NCBI GenBank assembly: GCA_001244265.2 | Contig: CDLV01000007.1 | Coordinates: 434,001 to 498,000 of the forward strand | DNA: 64,000 nt | Direction: 5' to 3' | DNA from: Microbotryum violaceum | Lineage: Eukaryota | Shown: in pieces, positions 35,915 through 47,869 of the stretch | Layout: every line of letters starts with the position of its first letter | Numbering within the stretch: the first letter of the stretch is position 1 | Notes under the pieces: model-generated | Seen by the model: only the letters and a program-made list of their open reading frames with translations | The model's database searches: none | What the model was told of the DNA's origin: nothing | Program-made: the position numbers and the translations under genes

Positions 35915-37011
35915 TTTTTTTTTTGTAGAAAACGTTCATCATATTGCCCCCAGTTCTTCTTCCCCCTGTTTTGGCCTACGGAAAAACTAGATGGAAGACT
36001 ACGATGATAACACAAACCGTCCGCAAAAGTGCGACAAACGAGCCAAGTCCACCAATCCGAGATTCGGATTCAAATGCCCTAGCCAAGCGGTTGCTCCCCC
36101 CCAGGAGACTAATGAGAGAGAGAAAGAGAGACGAAGAGAAAAAGAAAGAAAAGAAATGTACTAACGACAGAAGGCCCACCCCACAGCCACTTCCCACTCG
36201 GTCGAGACGAAGACAAGAGCACGACTGCGCAACCACCACGACCCTCGACGCTCCAAGTCTCTGCTCAGTCACAACAAGACGCGGTGAAGGTCCCTCAAAA
36301 CCTCCCCCATCGGCAGTTCCTGGCCCTCAAAGCCGACTTTCTGCCTGTGTCCGCTGATCCCTCCCTTGACTCAGAACCCCGAAGCCGAAGAGCGCGAGCC
36401 ACACCGAGTCGACGCCAAATCGCGAGATGGTCCATGATCCGCAACGATGAACCTGTAACAAATGAAAGATGAAAGCGATCTATTTAGTGTACAGTAGGAG
36501 AAAATGATGTCACGAGAATTTGGTGTGTGTGTGTGTGTAGTGGTGGGGGGGAAAGTCGAACCCAGCCTCTACTGCCCTCTCCTCCCCAAGCTCCTCCCGC
36601 CCTCAGCTTCAACCTCTCCTCCAAGCTCCTCCCGCCCTCAGCTTCAACCTCTCCTCCAAGATGATCCTCCTCCTCCCAACACCCTCCATCCTCGTCCCCC
36701 ACTTCTGCATCCCCCACCTCCCGCTGCTGATCATCTCCAAGACCAGCCCGGTGAATATTTCGATCGTCCTCCCGCTCCTTCTTGATCGCGTAGACTGGCC
36801 TTGAGCTTCGGAAGTCCGAACATGCGTTGAACAGCCGTGTAATGCGTGTTGTCGATCGTGTCGAGCCCCATTGCGTCGCAGAGCACGCTCCTTGCCGCGA
36901 TCCAAACGTTCCCAGAGTCAACGCAGTCGAAAAAGTAGTGGTCGGTGTCGTCCACCGGCGCTTCGCAGACGAGGCACGCGGGAGAAGTGTCGTGATTCTG
37001 TTGGTGTTGCA
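35915..37011 (-). mobile_element. 5'-truncated family A copy
   Basis: Near-identical to 16680-17742; A10 tail at 35915-35924. Confidence 0.93.
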
Positions 37012-38211
37012 TTTTTTTTTTTTTTTGACTGGGGCTCATAAATTGCAATCCTTCGGGTTGGCTGGGACCGCTACAAAAAGAGCTAAAGGAGGTTATAAAG
37101 CAACGACGGCAAGCAGTTGGGTGAAAGTCAAACCCCTGCGCGCAAAGAGCGCTGCGCAGATCAAAACTCGCCGAGCACCTAACGCGGACTCCAACGGGCG
37201 GTGAGTACTGCTGCCGCTTCACGTCCAAGAGCGGGAGCAAAGATACTCGAAAACCAGGCAAGAGCGCCCGAGGGGCCAAGGTAGGGGGTCGAAGCCGGAG
37301 GTAGAGGTCCCCAGGGACTAACAGGCCGCAGCCAAGCCCCAGCTACTCGTCACCCTGACAGCGCCTGATGTCCTCCCTTGGCTGAATCTCGAGTGCTGGC
37401 TGTTGAGCCGTCGGGGCCGAGATAAAAGCGATCCAGTACAACGAAACGAGCCTCGCCTTGACGCGAGGATATTGACCAGAAACGAGCGACCTTCCTTCCC
37501 GTGCCATGCCGTAGATCTTGACCAACGCGAACGAACGAACCATTCAACGGAATCCAACACACGGCTTAGGAGTAAAAGGAGAAGTGGCTGAAGCGTAGTC
37601 AACAACCGAGCAACAGGAACGAGAAGAGGAAGGGAAGGGAAAAAAGGGGGGAAAGGAGAGGGAAAAACTTCACAAAGCCTCCAACGCAAAGACAATCGAC
37701 CTGGCTTGCCGATCCACCCAAGAACAAAAAACCGTCGGTCATCACACCTCCCAATCTCGAGCCCCAGGCACAAAACCCGCTCGAGAGAGAAAATCTCGCT
37801 CGAACGCTCTGAGTGCACTGGGGAGCGAGGGAGGGGCCACGACCTTGTCCAGCTCGAACCGCTGATGAACGCGCCAGCGGAGCAGGTGCAGCCGCTGGAA
37901 GCCGATCGCGCAGGCCAGCCGAACCCACATCCATTTCGAGGTCGTTCTCCCACGACCCCGCAAAAGGGGGAGCCCCATAGTCAGCTGCTCCGGAGTGAAC
38001 GTCGACGGATCGACGTCGGTATCCTCGATGCCCAGCTTGTCGAACAGAATGCGAAGCACCCCACCCCAGAAGCTGGTCGAGTACGCGCACTCGAAGAAGT
38101 AGTGCGACACCGTCTCGATGACCGCTACATCGTTGCCGCAGAACAGACACGTCGGCGAAGAGGCATGACCCTGAGTATGCTGCCTCTTGCGCGTCGGCGT
38201 CACGTCGTACA
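37012..38211 (-). mobile_element. 5'-truncated family B copy lacking both 3' UTR intron-like segments
   Basis: Near-identical to 25386-26812 minus two segments; A15 tail at 37012-37026. Confidence 0.93.
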
Positions 38212-38281
38212 ACCCCAGCGGTTGAAAAAGAAACCCTAAAGTCTATATACTACCCACTTCCCTCTAGTAGTATTGAACCCG

Positions 38282-38372
38282 GTCTTCGTAGCTCAGCTGG
38301 TTAGAGCGTCCGACTGTTAGCTCATGCCGCACATATATCGGGAGGTCGACAGTTCAATCCTGTCCGAGGACG
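38282..38372 (+). tRNA. tRNA-Asn(GTT), 17-nt intron (38320-38336)
   Basis: Acceptor GTCTTCG/CGAGGAC-G, D arm GCTC/GAGC, anticodon arm TCCGA-CT-GTT-A...A-TCGGG, T arm GACAG-TTCAATC-CTGTC. T8 terminator at 38376-38383; TATATA at 38244-38249. Confidence 0.96.
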
Positions 38373-39028
38373 ATATTTTTTTTCGTGCGGTTCGGCAACC
38401 CCGCGGATTATCCTCTGCACGTGACGTTACTTTTCTCAGCTACTTACTTATCGCCATCGTCGGTTCCCGTAGCTTTCTGTCATCATGATTACTACGGTAA
38501 GAGAGGGTAACGGTGGTTCGGGGAGCTGCATGTTGCGGACCTCAGCTGTCGTCTCGAGTCACTGCAGTGTTCAATGTTGAGCCAGGAGACCCTGTTGAGT
38601 GTTGTGTATGGCAGTCTGCGTAATGACAAGAGCGCAAGTTTTGAACGAGTGGTCGGTCCTAACTAGCACGACTTTGAGCACAGCTGGGCGTGGATACAGT
38701 GCATGAAAAAAGGACGTCGCGGTCGATGTTGCGCCATCCTCAGTTATAGGATCTGGGGACCAATTTTGGAGCTCGGCCGCCTAGATCCTACATCATAAGG
38801 ATGCAAAAAAAAAATCGAAAATCATACTATTGTGCCCACATGAGAAGCTCGAGAGTGCCATGACCTTTCTGTAGAGGTAACAAACCCATAATCACAACCC
38901 TCGACTTAGGCCCCGGCCGCCGACATAAACCAGGAGCCTCGCCGGCTATGTTTGTTGGTCTCGCGCCGACTTCTTCAACGTGCTACTCTACTCGGGACTC
39001 GTTTGGGCCCACTGGGCGGCGAGGTGGT

Positions 39029-40104
39029 ATGCAAGGCGTGTACAGCAGTCCCGCCCATCTTTTGCCGTCGCTGCCTTCGACGAGTAAACGCAGCCGCTCG
39101 TCCTCTCCTGGTGGACCCGCTCGTTCGGCCAAGGTCAGCACACCGGCTGCGAGTACAACATCTCTTACACTACGGCAGCTGACGACTCTTTGCCACACGC
39201 ATATGTGTGCCACTAGAAACCAGCGCTGTGGACGACCCACCCTCATCTGCTTAACAACGCTCAGTCCAGCGAGGTCGATCGGTCGAGTGCGCCGTGGTCA
39301 GGCCATATCAGCGCGAGTCCGATCGATTGGGTCTCCATGACCGAGTCCCTGTATCTCGCTACGCCGCCCGCCGAACCCACTGAGCCGATCACGTTTGATG
39401 AGCCCGCGCAACTTTTCCACCGACCTCATCACTCAGCGGTGCTCGTCGAGGAACGGCGGAGGGTTGAGGAAGGCGACGACGACGAGGAACCTTGGGAAGC
39501 AGATGAGCACGAGCACCACGATGGCATGGCAATCGACAACGATCATGAGGTCAGTACTGTGCCTGATCGGGAGACTGCTTCTCGGATGGGGCTTTCTCGG
39601 GCGGCGAGGACTGACATGAGACCGTGGTCCCTCCCTCATAAGATGACGGGCACAGAGTCCACGCGTGATCACCCCCAGACTCCACATCGGCAAGACCATT
39701 ATCCAACGGCACATCCCCACCAAGCCCCACCCCTGTATGATCATCTCGTCGGCTCTCCTTTTGCTTCCACTTCGTCGTCGTTCGCGATGCTCAACCCGAT
39801 GGGCACCTCCACGTCGCGCTCGGCGTCCAATTCTTCCTCGGACCATTCTTCGTCGTCGTATTCGACCTCTGACTCGAACCTAATACAGCGGCAGCCCATG
39901 GGGTACCAAATGGACACCGGGTTGGACACGGCGCATGCGAACCACCCCCACCATCGTCCGGCGCCGGCAACATCAATGAACACCGCCAAGCGTGCGGAAC
40001 CGGTCGCCACCGGTTGGAAAGTGTCGATGGGGTATCGAGCAGACTGTGAGAAATGTGTCATGAGGGTGCCGGGCCACTATCTGCATTGCCATGATGGTCG
40101 GTAG
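39029..40104 (+). CDS. Hypothetical fungal protein with C-terminal Cys/His motif
   Basis: ORF 39337-40104 ends in MGYRADCEKCVMRVPGHYLH; probable upstream exon from ATG 39029. Confidence 0.55.
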
Positions 40105-40600
40105 TTTAGACGCGGGGAATTGTTTCATCACGTTCTGTATATTCCTGATCTCGCATTTTGCATGTCTTGTTGTAACCCTAAAGCCAATTGTAACCACCGT
40201 TCCAGTCAAATCGGATGCGTTGTTCTCGCTGCTAGGGTCTTATCATTCGGTTCCATTGAACCATTGCGTGCGCGAGACGAATCGCTTAGAGACCAATCCA
40301 CGTGACCAAACCAGTCTTCCTGAGAGCTGCCCAACCCGGCGACTAAAACTCGGAATGTCTGGAACGAGACCGGTCAGAAAATAATGGATTGGAATGAATG
40401 TAATCATGCTAGCAGTCACAGAGGTTGTTTACCACAACACGTCTCTTACGCTCTCTCCAGCAATCTCGCTAGTGTCTGTGTCTCGCTCTCGCCAGCTCTC
40501 GCCGGCCTCTACCGAGTTATGCCCGAGTTGATCGGCCGGGCCCATACGGCTTCGTCTTCTGCCACACCGAATCGCAAGTCCGACCCATCCAATCTCGGCA

Positions 40601-42069
40601 ATGGCTTCCACGACCTGCACCCGCAAGGGCTGCGGCAAGACCTTCGATGAAAGCAACAACACCCAAGCCGTAAGCACTACTTTGTCACTCGCCATCGATC
40701 ACGATACACTTGCTCCCCCGGCTTCGACAGGGCTGGTGACTGACGATTTCGCGCCTTGCTCGGGTTTCCTCGACGTTCCATAACGATTTCGCGCCGCGTT
40801 GTGCCGCACGATTGCCTTCCCTTCTCTGTAGGACTGCCAATTCCACCCTGGAGCTCCTGGTCAGTGTATTCTCATACAACGTGTTCGCATGACTTTTACC
40901 GTCTGACACGACCATTCTCCGTTGGCAGTCTTCCACGAGGGTATGAAATCGTGGTCGTGCTGCGCGACAACCAACAAGCCCGTCACCGCGTTCGACGAAT
41001 TTCTCGCCCTGCCAGGCTGTGCGACGGGCACCCATTCCTCAGAGAAACCTGTCGCACCGCCGAAACCGACGGTCGTCGAGAGCACGCCTGTGCCCGTCGC
41101 GACCGGCGTCAACGGCCAAGAGACGTATGGCGCCCCCGTGACATCATTACCCCCACCCCCTCCCAGGGCCGCTTCCTCTTCCTCGGCGACACTCAAGGAC
41201 CGACAACCCGTCTCGACAGAATACGTCGAAGAGCAAGACGATCCGTCCCTGACCGTGCCTGCGGGTGCTCGTTGCAAGCGAAGAGCTTGTGGGGCGACGT
41301 TTGAACCGTCGACGTCGCGACACGACACGGAATGCCAGTACCACATCGGTGTCCCGCTCTTCCACGAAGGATCGAAAGGCTATTCGTGCTGCAAACGACG
41401 CGTATTGGACTTTGACGACTTTCTCCGGATCGAAGGGTGTCGATCGGGGAAGCACTTGTTCGTCGGGCCGAAACCCAAGTCGGGTCAGGAAGAGGAGGAT
41501 CAGTTGGTCGAATGCCGCGTGGACCACTACCAATCGCCGAGGAGCGTGTGCGTGTCGATCTTTGGCAAGCAAGCGGACAAGGATAGGAGCTCGGTCAGGT
41601 TCGAAGTCGAGGAGGTGAGTAGGCTGAAGGCGCCGGGTGTGGGTTTGCAAACGAATTCGATCGCCCTATTTGCTCACCTCGACCCGGTCCGATCTGATGA
41701 TCTGATTTAGATGCACGTCGATCTCTTGCTACCTTCTCGCAAGCGCTTTACCAAGTCGTTCTCACTCTATGGTCCGATCGATCCCGCAACCTCAACGTTC
41801 AAGATCCTCGGCACCAAATGCGAGGTCACGCTCGCCAAGGCTGATGCGAGAAGCTGGCCGTCCATAACTAAATTGAGCGAGGACGTCGGCTTCATCCCTC
41901 AGTTGGCATTCAGTGCGGGTGAGTTTCACTCTATGAGCCCATTCGAGCTTTTGATCTGTTCAAGAGGAAGCGGAGCTGACGATGTGGTTTGTCAACGGCA
42001 GGGGGCGGACGAGGAACGGTGGGTGCCAAAGAGGCGATCCTCGATGATCAGAACAAGATGGCTCGATAG
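40601..42069 (+). CDS. CHORD-CHORD-CS Hsp90 co-chaperone (CHORDC1/Rar1-like), multi-exon
   Basis: CTRKGCGK...FHPGAPVFHEGMKSWSCC; CKRRACG...FHEGSKGYSCC; CS domain CRVDHYQSP...KCEVTLAKADARSW. Confidence 0.92.
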
Positions 42070-42569
42070 ACGCATCAATAATTTCCTTCTAAACGTTTAG
42101 GTATGACCTAGAGCTGTGCGTCGACTTTGCAATGAGCATTCAAAGACGAGCGACCTCAAGTTGAGATGCCTTTCTGTTGGCAAAAATTCTCTTTATTCGA
42201 GCGCCTTCCGGTGCAAGAGTGTTTACACAATTCCATGGGAATAATGACATGGTGCTTTAGTATTAGACCGAGGGGCACCACAATCACTAGGCTGACCAAG
42301 GTGGGGGTGTTGTGTATCTCCCCGGACTTTTTGGGTCACTTGTGTTCACCGAGCCATTGCTGCCGCGCTTCGATATCGAAGCTAACTGAGGCAGACTGAG
42401 GTTAGCCAGTCGGGCTAATTGGAATTGAGACGGGCCTAACTGCGCGTGCAGGGAAGCCATACCCCTGCTCCGCACCCAACACACACACCCACACGCCCAC
42501 ACGCCCACACGCCCACGCACGACCCCGCACGCACTCACTCAGATCCACTTTTCTGAAAAAACCCACACG

Positions 42570-43520
42570 ATGACGGTCCTCGGTCCCTCCCTCTACAAAC
42601 AAGTGCAAGCCTCGAAGGGCCTGTACAAGTTCCTCAAGCCGTTCGCGGACCGCTTCGCCTCCGTGGCCGGCTACCGAGCACACGGCCTCAAGTACGACGA
42701 CATCTTGATCGAGGAGAACCCCACAGTTCAAAAGGTGCGTGTTGGGTGCTACTCTGTGGGCTGGTAGTCGATGAATGGAGGACGCTGGATTGCTTGGCAC
42801 GACACGCCGTTCTCAGCAGTTGCGGAGGAAGCGAGCTCGCTGTCGTCGGGCCAGACCGCACACCTTTGTCCTCGCTCCCCGGTGCGACCGAACATCCCAC
42901 ACGGGATGCGCAGAGTATGCAAACATTGTCACTGACTCCACCCCAACTCACTTGCAGGCCCTCGGTCGGTTGTCGGAGCGAGAGTCGTATGACCGAGCGT
43001 TCCGCCTGCGTACCGCGAGCATGTGCGCGATCGCCCACCAGGAATTGCCCAAGGACAAGTGGGTGCCCAAAGACCAGGTCAGTGTTTGATCGTAGTCACA
43101 CGAAGGATGGTGGCTGAGTGCATGAGCGCATCCGGGGTGGTGGTAGCGAGAGAGGGTACACCGGGCAACGAGTCACAGCGGCGGCGATATGGGTGGCTTT
43201 GTGCTCGAAGAGATCCGCTGACGCTATTGCTTCAACTTTTTTCATTTCACTTGGTTTCTGCTCGCACATCCAACTCGACGATACCTCTTGCGCTGCTCGT
43301 GGCTCCACCTCGCGATCTTCGGCCAATCCGCTTGCTCCGAATGCGATCACCGGGACATAACCGAATGACGTCGCACATATCTCGCGTCGCATGGTGTCAA
43401 CTATTCTGAACGTAATCGGTCCACAATCGTCAGGATGTTCGTTACCTCAAGCCCCTCGTCGCCGAGATCGAGCAAGAGGCCGCCGAACGCGCCACGTGGG
43501 ACTCGGTCAAGAGGGCTTGA
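42570..43520 (+). CDS. QCR7: Cytochrome b-c1 complex subunit 7, three exons
   Basis: AGYRAHGLKYDDILIEE...ALGRL...YDRAFRL...LPKDKW...DVRYLKPLVAEIEQEAAER. Confidence 0.94.
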
Positions 43521-43910
43521 AGAAGGATTTTGCGAGCATGAGGATGGATGGAGGTATCGATGACGATTGCAGGATGTAATAGGTTTCGGGGAGGGCGGAA
43601 CCTTGTAGATGTTTTGGGGTTTCAGCATGATAAATCTTTTCCGAGAAGGAACACTTTTCACCGGTCGAAAGCGTGCTTCGCACCTCTTGTGATGGCTCTG
43701 CGTGGCGTCGAGTTTGGGCTCGGCGCAATTTGGGCAACACCGGTTCAGCGCGCGAGTCAGTCAGCTATAGTCAGTCGCCACTGTTCGCCACTCAGACAGG
43801 CGCCGCTCCTTGTCGCGAAAGGTTGTGCCGCGCGCAATCCTGCCTTCCGCCGCCCCTTGGTCCGATCGTGCTGCAGCCAGCCAGCAGCGCTGCATCAGCG
43901 ACGAGGCAGG

Positions 43911-44293
43911 ATGCCAGCGCCCTTGCCCCACCAAGCAGCTGTAGGATCAGCGCTCTTGGAGTCGGCCAGAACCTCGTTGTCTCCGCGTGGCCAGGATCAT
44001 CTCGCGCCGTCGTCGCCCATTCTCGTTGGCACGTCGGGATCGCACGATCTGTCGAACCGATCATCGCCAAGACCCGAGTCCGAGATGGGCGACTTCTCCC
44101 AGCTCGACAGCCGCGATCTGCGTCAATGGGAGCAGGACGCCCAGTTGGCCCAGTCGATGGCCCGACCTACGATGCTCAATGCACTCGCTCGCACTCGCAG
44201 CAACACCGTGCTCGCGACTGGCCACGGCGTCGGCGTCGGCGCAGGGGCGACTCACTCGCACTCGCCCGATGCGACAGCGACCCTCGATCAATT

Positions 44294-44329
<36 letters not shown>

Positions 44330-47300
44330 CCACACGCCCCAGCGCAACAACAGCAGTAGCAGTGGCGATCAGGCATACCCTCACTCGCACCACCAACACC
44401 AGTCGTCCGTCTCGCGCCGCCCTGGCTCCGTCTCGCACCAGGCCAACGCGATGGATCACCTCGCCGATGACTTGCAACGTGACGTGCATCATCACCGCCA
44501 ACATCACCACGAACATGAGCACAGCACGAGCATGTCCGTGGGTCGGCCCCCCATCACCCCCGCCGGCGGTTCGAGTCGACAACACGCGCTCTCGTCGGCG
44601 AGCCACCATTCGGGCAATAACCGGTCGACCCCTTTGAGGTACGGCGCGGGGCCTTCCTCAGGCACGCCCATTAGCTTGCAGCACACCGCAGCCGCCGCGC
44701 GCTTGTACCGTCATCATCGCAACGTGTCCGAGTCATCGCTCGATTCGCAAGGTGGCGCCTACATCGACCATCGTCGCCAGCCCCACTCGCTGTCGCTTGG
44801 GACGGGGGCGTCGACGAACGCACGTTTCGGCGCCTCGGCAGGAGCGGTGCCTGCCGCGAGCGTTCTGGAGCGAGCTGGAATGGTCGCCCGCAGCCCCGAT
44901 GGCTACGGTGGCGCCCGCCTGTTCCCTAATCCGGGACGTCGACGCAGCGAAGGAGGTACAGGCGACGACCATGACGACCACGATGGGGCTGGCGACAACA
45001 TAGACGAGCTTTCGCTCGGCCGAAGCGCCGGCGGCCCCCACGATTCGGACATGGTCAATTCGGTCCTGTCGTCGCGCACAGCTCGAGATGGTCCGTCTCG
45101 AGACCACGACCTGTCGAGTCGCGATCTGGACGAGCACGCTCTCAGCATGAGCCCCGACGAACGCCACGAGCATCGCCCACGAGCCCACCTCGACCGCCGC
45201 GATTCTCGTCAGTCGTATCGCTCGACGACCGAGGGCCACCTCATGGACGATGTCGATGAGGACCATCATGCGAACCACCACGACATGGGTCGCCACTACT
45301 TGAACGATGCGTCCCGCCGAGAGTCGTTCGTCGGTCCCCCCGAAGACGACATTTGCTTCCCCACCCACGGCGCCGCGGCCGAAGTCGATCTCATCGACAT
45401 GGGCCACCTCGAGGACCAGCTGCATCACCATCATCATCACCATGACGACCATCATGACCAGTTCAACGGCGGCGTGGCGGGGGTGCTGCCCAACTTCCCT
45501 TACCCCTTCGACTTTGGTGCCCTGGAGGAATTTGCCGATCGCGAAAAGGAAGGACTGCCGATCCCGGGCGCAAAGCGAAGAGGGGTCAAGATCGCCGGCG
45601 GCCAGCCGCGCGACACCCTCGGTGTCTCCCCGCCGGGCTACGGTGTCTCTTCAGCGACGTCGCGTGGCGGCGCTTTCAGCTCTGGATCCGAGAGCGGCTT
45701 TGGGGGCGTGAGACGTCAGCGCAAGCTCAGCGAGAGCGTTGCCCCGGGTCGGTACCGACGCAAGCTCGCCTTATTCGAAGGCACCGGCGACGATGCGGGA
45801 TCGTCACGAGGCGCCAACACCGGTGCGGCCGATCGTGACGGCGTCGCGAATGGCGGCTCGCATTCCATCCTCGACACCAAGACCCCGCTGCTCGACAAGA
45901 ACGCAACCGCTGCGGCGAGCGGCTATGGATCGAGGGGTGGTCCAGCGGGCGGAGGGGGCGGCGCCGCTCTAGGTGCTTCTCGGCCTTACCGTTTCTCCTT
46001 CTATTCGAATGCTCTGCCCTCGACCATTCATGCGCGGTCGCTGGCCGAAATTCCTGCCGAGAACCAGACCTTTGAGGAGCTGTTTGTGGGTCGGAGCTCG
46101 TCCCCGACAACGGCGGTCGACGATGAGACGAGCTTCCGCCAGAGCACGGGAACGATGGACCCCAAGTTGGCGTTCTCCCCGCCGAGCGGCACCGAGACGG
46201 GCACGCACACGCCGAATCACGATCATGCACCGGCGGGTGCCCACGGCGCGTCTGCCTCGGGTGCCCGACCCTCGGGCGTGCCTCATGGTGCGCAGGTGAG
46301 GGCGGCCCACGCGAGGAACAACTTGATAAGGAGCGACGTCGACGCCGAGGCCAACACCTGGTGGCTCGACGTCCTGTGCCCGACCGACTCGGAAATGAAG
46401 GTCCTCAGCAAGGTAAGCTCTCTTGGTTGGCTGTCGTCGGTGACGAACAGGGTGGGGTGCTCACTCACACGTTCCCGATCTCTCCAGGTCTTTGGCATCC
46501 ATCCGTTGACGACGGAAGATATTCAAATGGAGGAGACGCGCGAAAAGATTGAGCTGTTCCGCAATTACTACTTTGTCTGCTTTCGCTCGTTCGAGCAGGA
46601 CCCATACTCGCCGACGTATCTCGAGCCGCTCAACATGTACATCATCGTCTTCCGCGAAGGCACCTTGTCGTTCCACTTCCGCGGCACGCCTCACCCGCAG
46701 AACGTGCGCCGCCGTATCAAGCAACTCAAGGACTACATCAACGTTACAAGCGATTGGATCTCGTACGCGTTGATCGATGACATCACCGATGCGTTTGGAC
46801 CGCTGATTCAAAACATCGAATACGAGGTCGACTCGATCGATGAGCTCGTGTTGATCTTGAAGGAGGCCGAGCAGAGCGACATGTTGCGGCGAATCGGCAC
46901 GTGTCGTAAAAAGGTTATGGGTCTGCTGCGATTGATGGGCAACAAGGCCGATGTCGTCAAGGGGTTGTCGAAGCGGTGCAACGAGAACTGGTCGGTCGCA
47001 CCCAAGTCGGATATTGTAGGTTCTTTCGCAGTCTGTGCATGCTAGACGTCATTCATCGAGGAAGACTGATCATGTGTACTTTGGGCTCTTGCAGGGTTTG
47101 TACTTGTCGGATATTCAAGATCACATCACGACCTCGACGCAGAACTTGACCCATTACGAAAAGATTCTTTCCCGGTCGCATTCCAACTACCTCGCACAAA
47201 TCTCAATCGAGATGACGGACGCCAACAACCAGATCAACGACGTACTGTCCAAGTTGACGGCGCTCGGTACGGTGTTGATTCCGATGAACTTGGTCACCGG

Positions 47301-47516
47301 TCTGTGGGGTATGAACGTCCACGTGCCTGGTGAGGATGCGACGGGCTTGCACTGGTTCTTCTCCATCTTGGGCTGCCTCGGCGCGATCGCTATTGGTGGT
47401 GCTTGGCTCACGTACAAGGTATGTCGATTGCTTGTGGAAGGGGATCAGACTATGTAGACCCGTCGCTGACCCGTGGCTCTTTTCTTTGTTTACAGGTCTT
47501 TGTCCGATCCAACTAG
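43911..47516 (+). CDS. ALR1: CorA-family Mg2+ transporter (Alr1-like)
   Basis: WWLDVLCPT, FGIHPLTTEDI, REKIELF, YLSDIQDH, GLWGMNV signature and two C-terminal TM helices; long disordered N-terminus. Confidence 0.88.
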
Positions 47517-47869
47517 GCACCGAGCTGCCTCATCGACCCTCTTTTCTTCTGCATCGTAGATTTCTGCTTCTGGCCTTCTTTTTTTCGCATTCGTCTACCT
47601 TCTTTGAATTATTTCTCAAGCGTACCCATGGTGTTGGTCGAAGTATGGCCTAGACTGTTCTCTTTATATGGATCTTCTTGCGGTGTGCTCTGCTGTGGTG
47701 TACTATGCAACGGACGAAGAATTCATGCTAGGAGTCCCCCAGTCCTGCCCCGTGTCGATTGTTCCTGCACTTTACTAGCATACCTCCTGCGATAAAGGTT
47801 GCTATTCAATTACAACAACAAGAATAGCACTACCGTGGAGACAAATCGCGCGCCGTTCGTGTCACTGTC

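Noticed and set aside
16680-38211. Large inverted repeats between the two stacks as termini of one giant DNA transposon
   Set aside because: They are explained by independent LINE copies oriented by two oppositely facing tRNA genes; the enclosed genes are ordinary host genes.
17743-38211. Recombinant (mosaic) origin of the B copy at 37012-38211, whose ORF2 variants match the full copy and whose UTR variants match the 17743 copy
   Set aside because: Three sequences cannot show phylogenetic incompatibility; more copies are needed.
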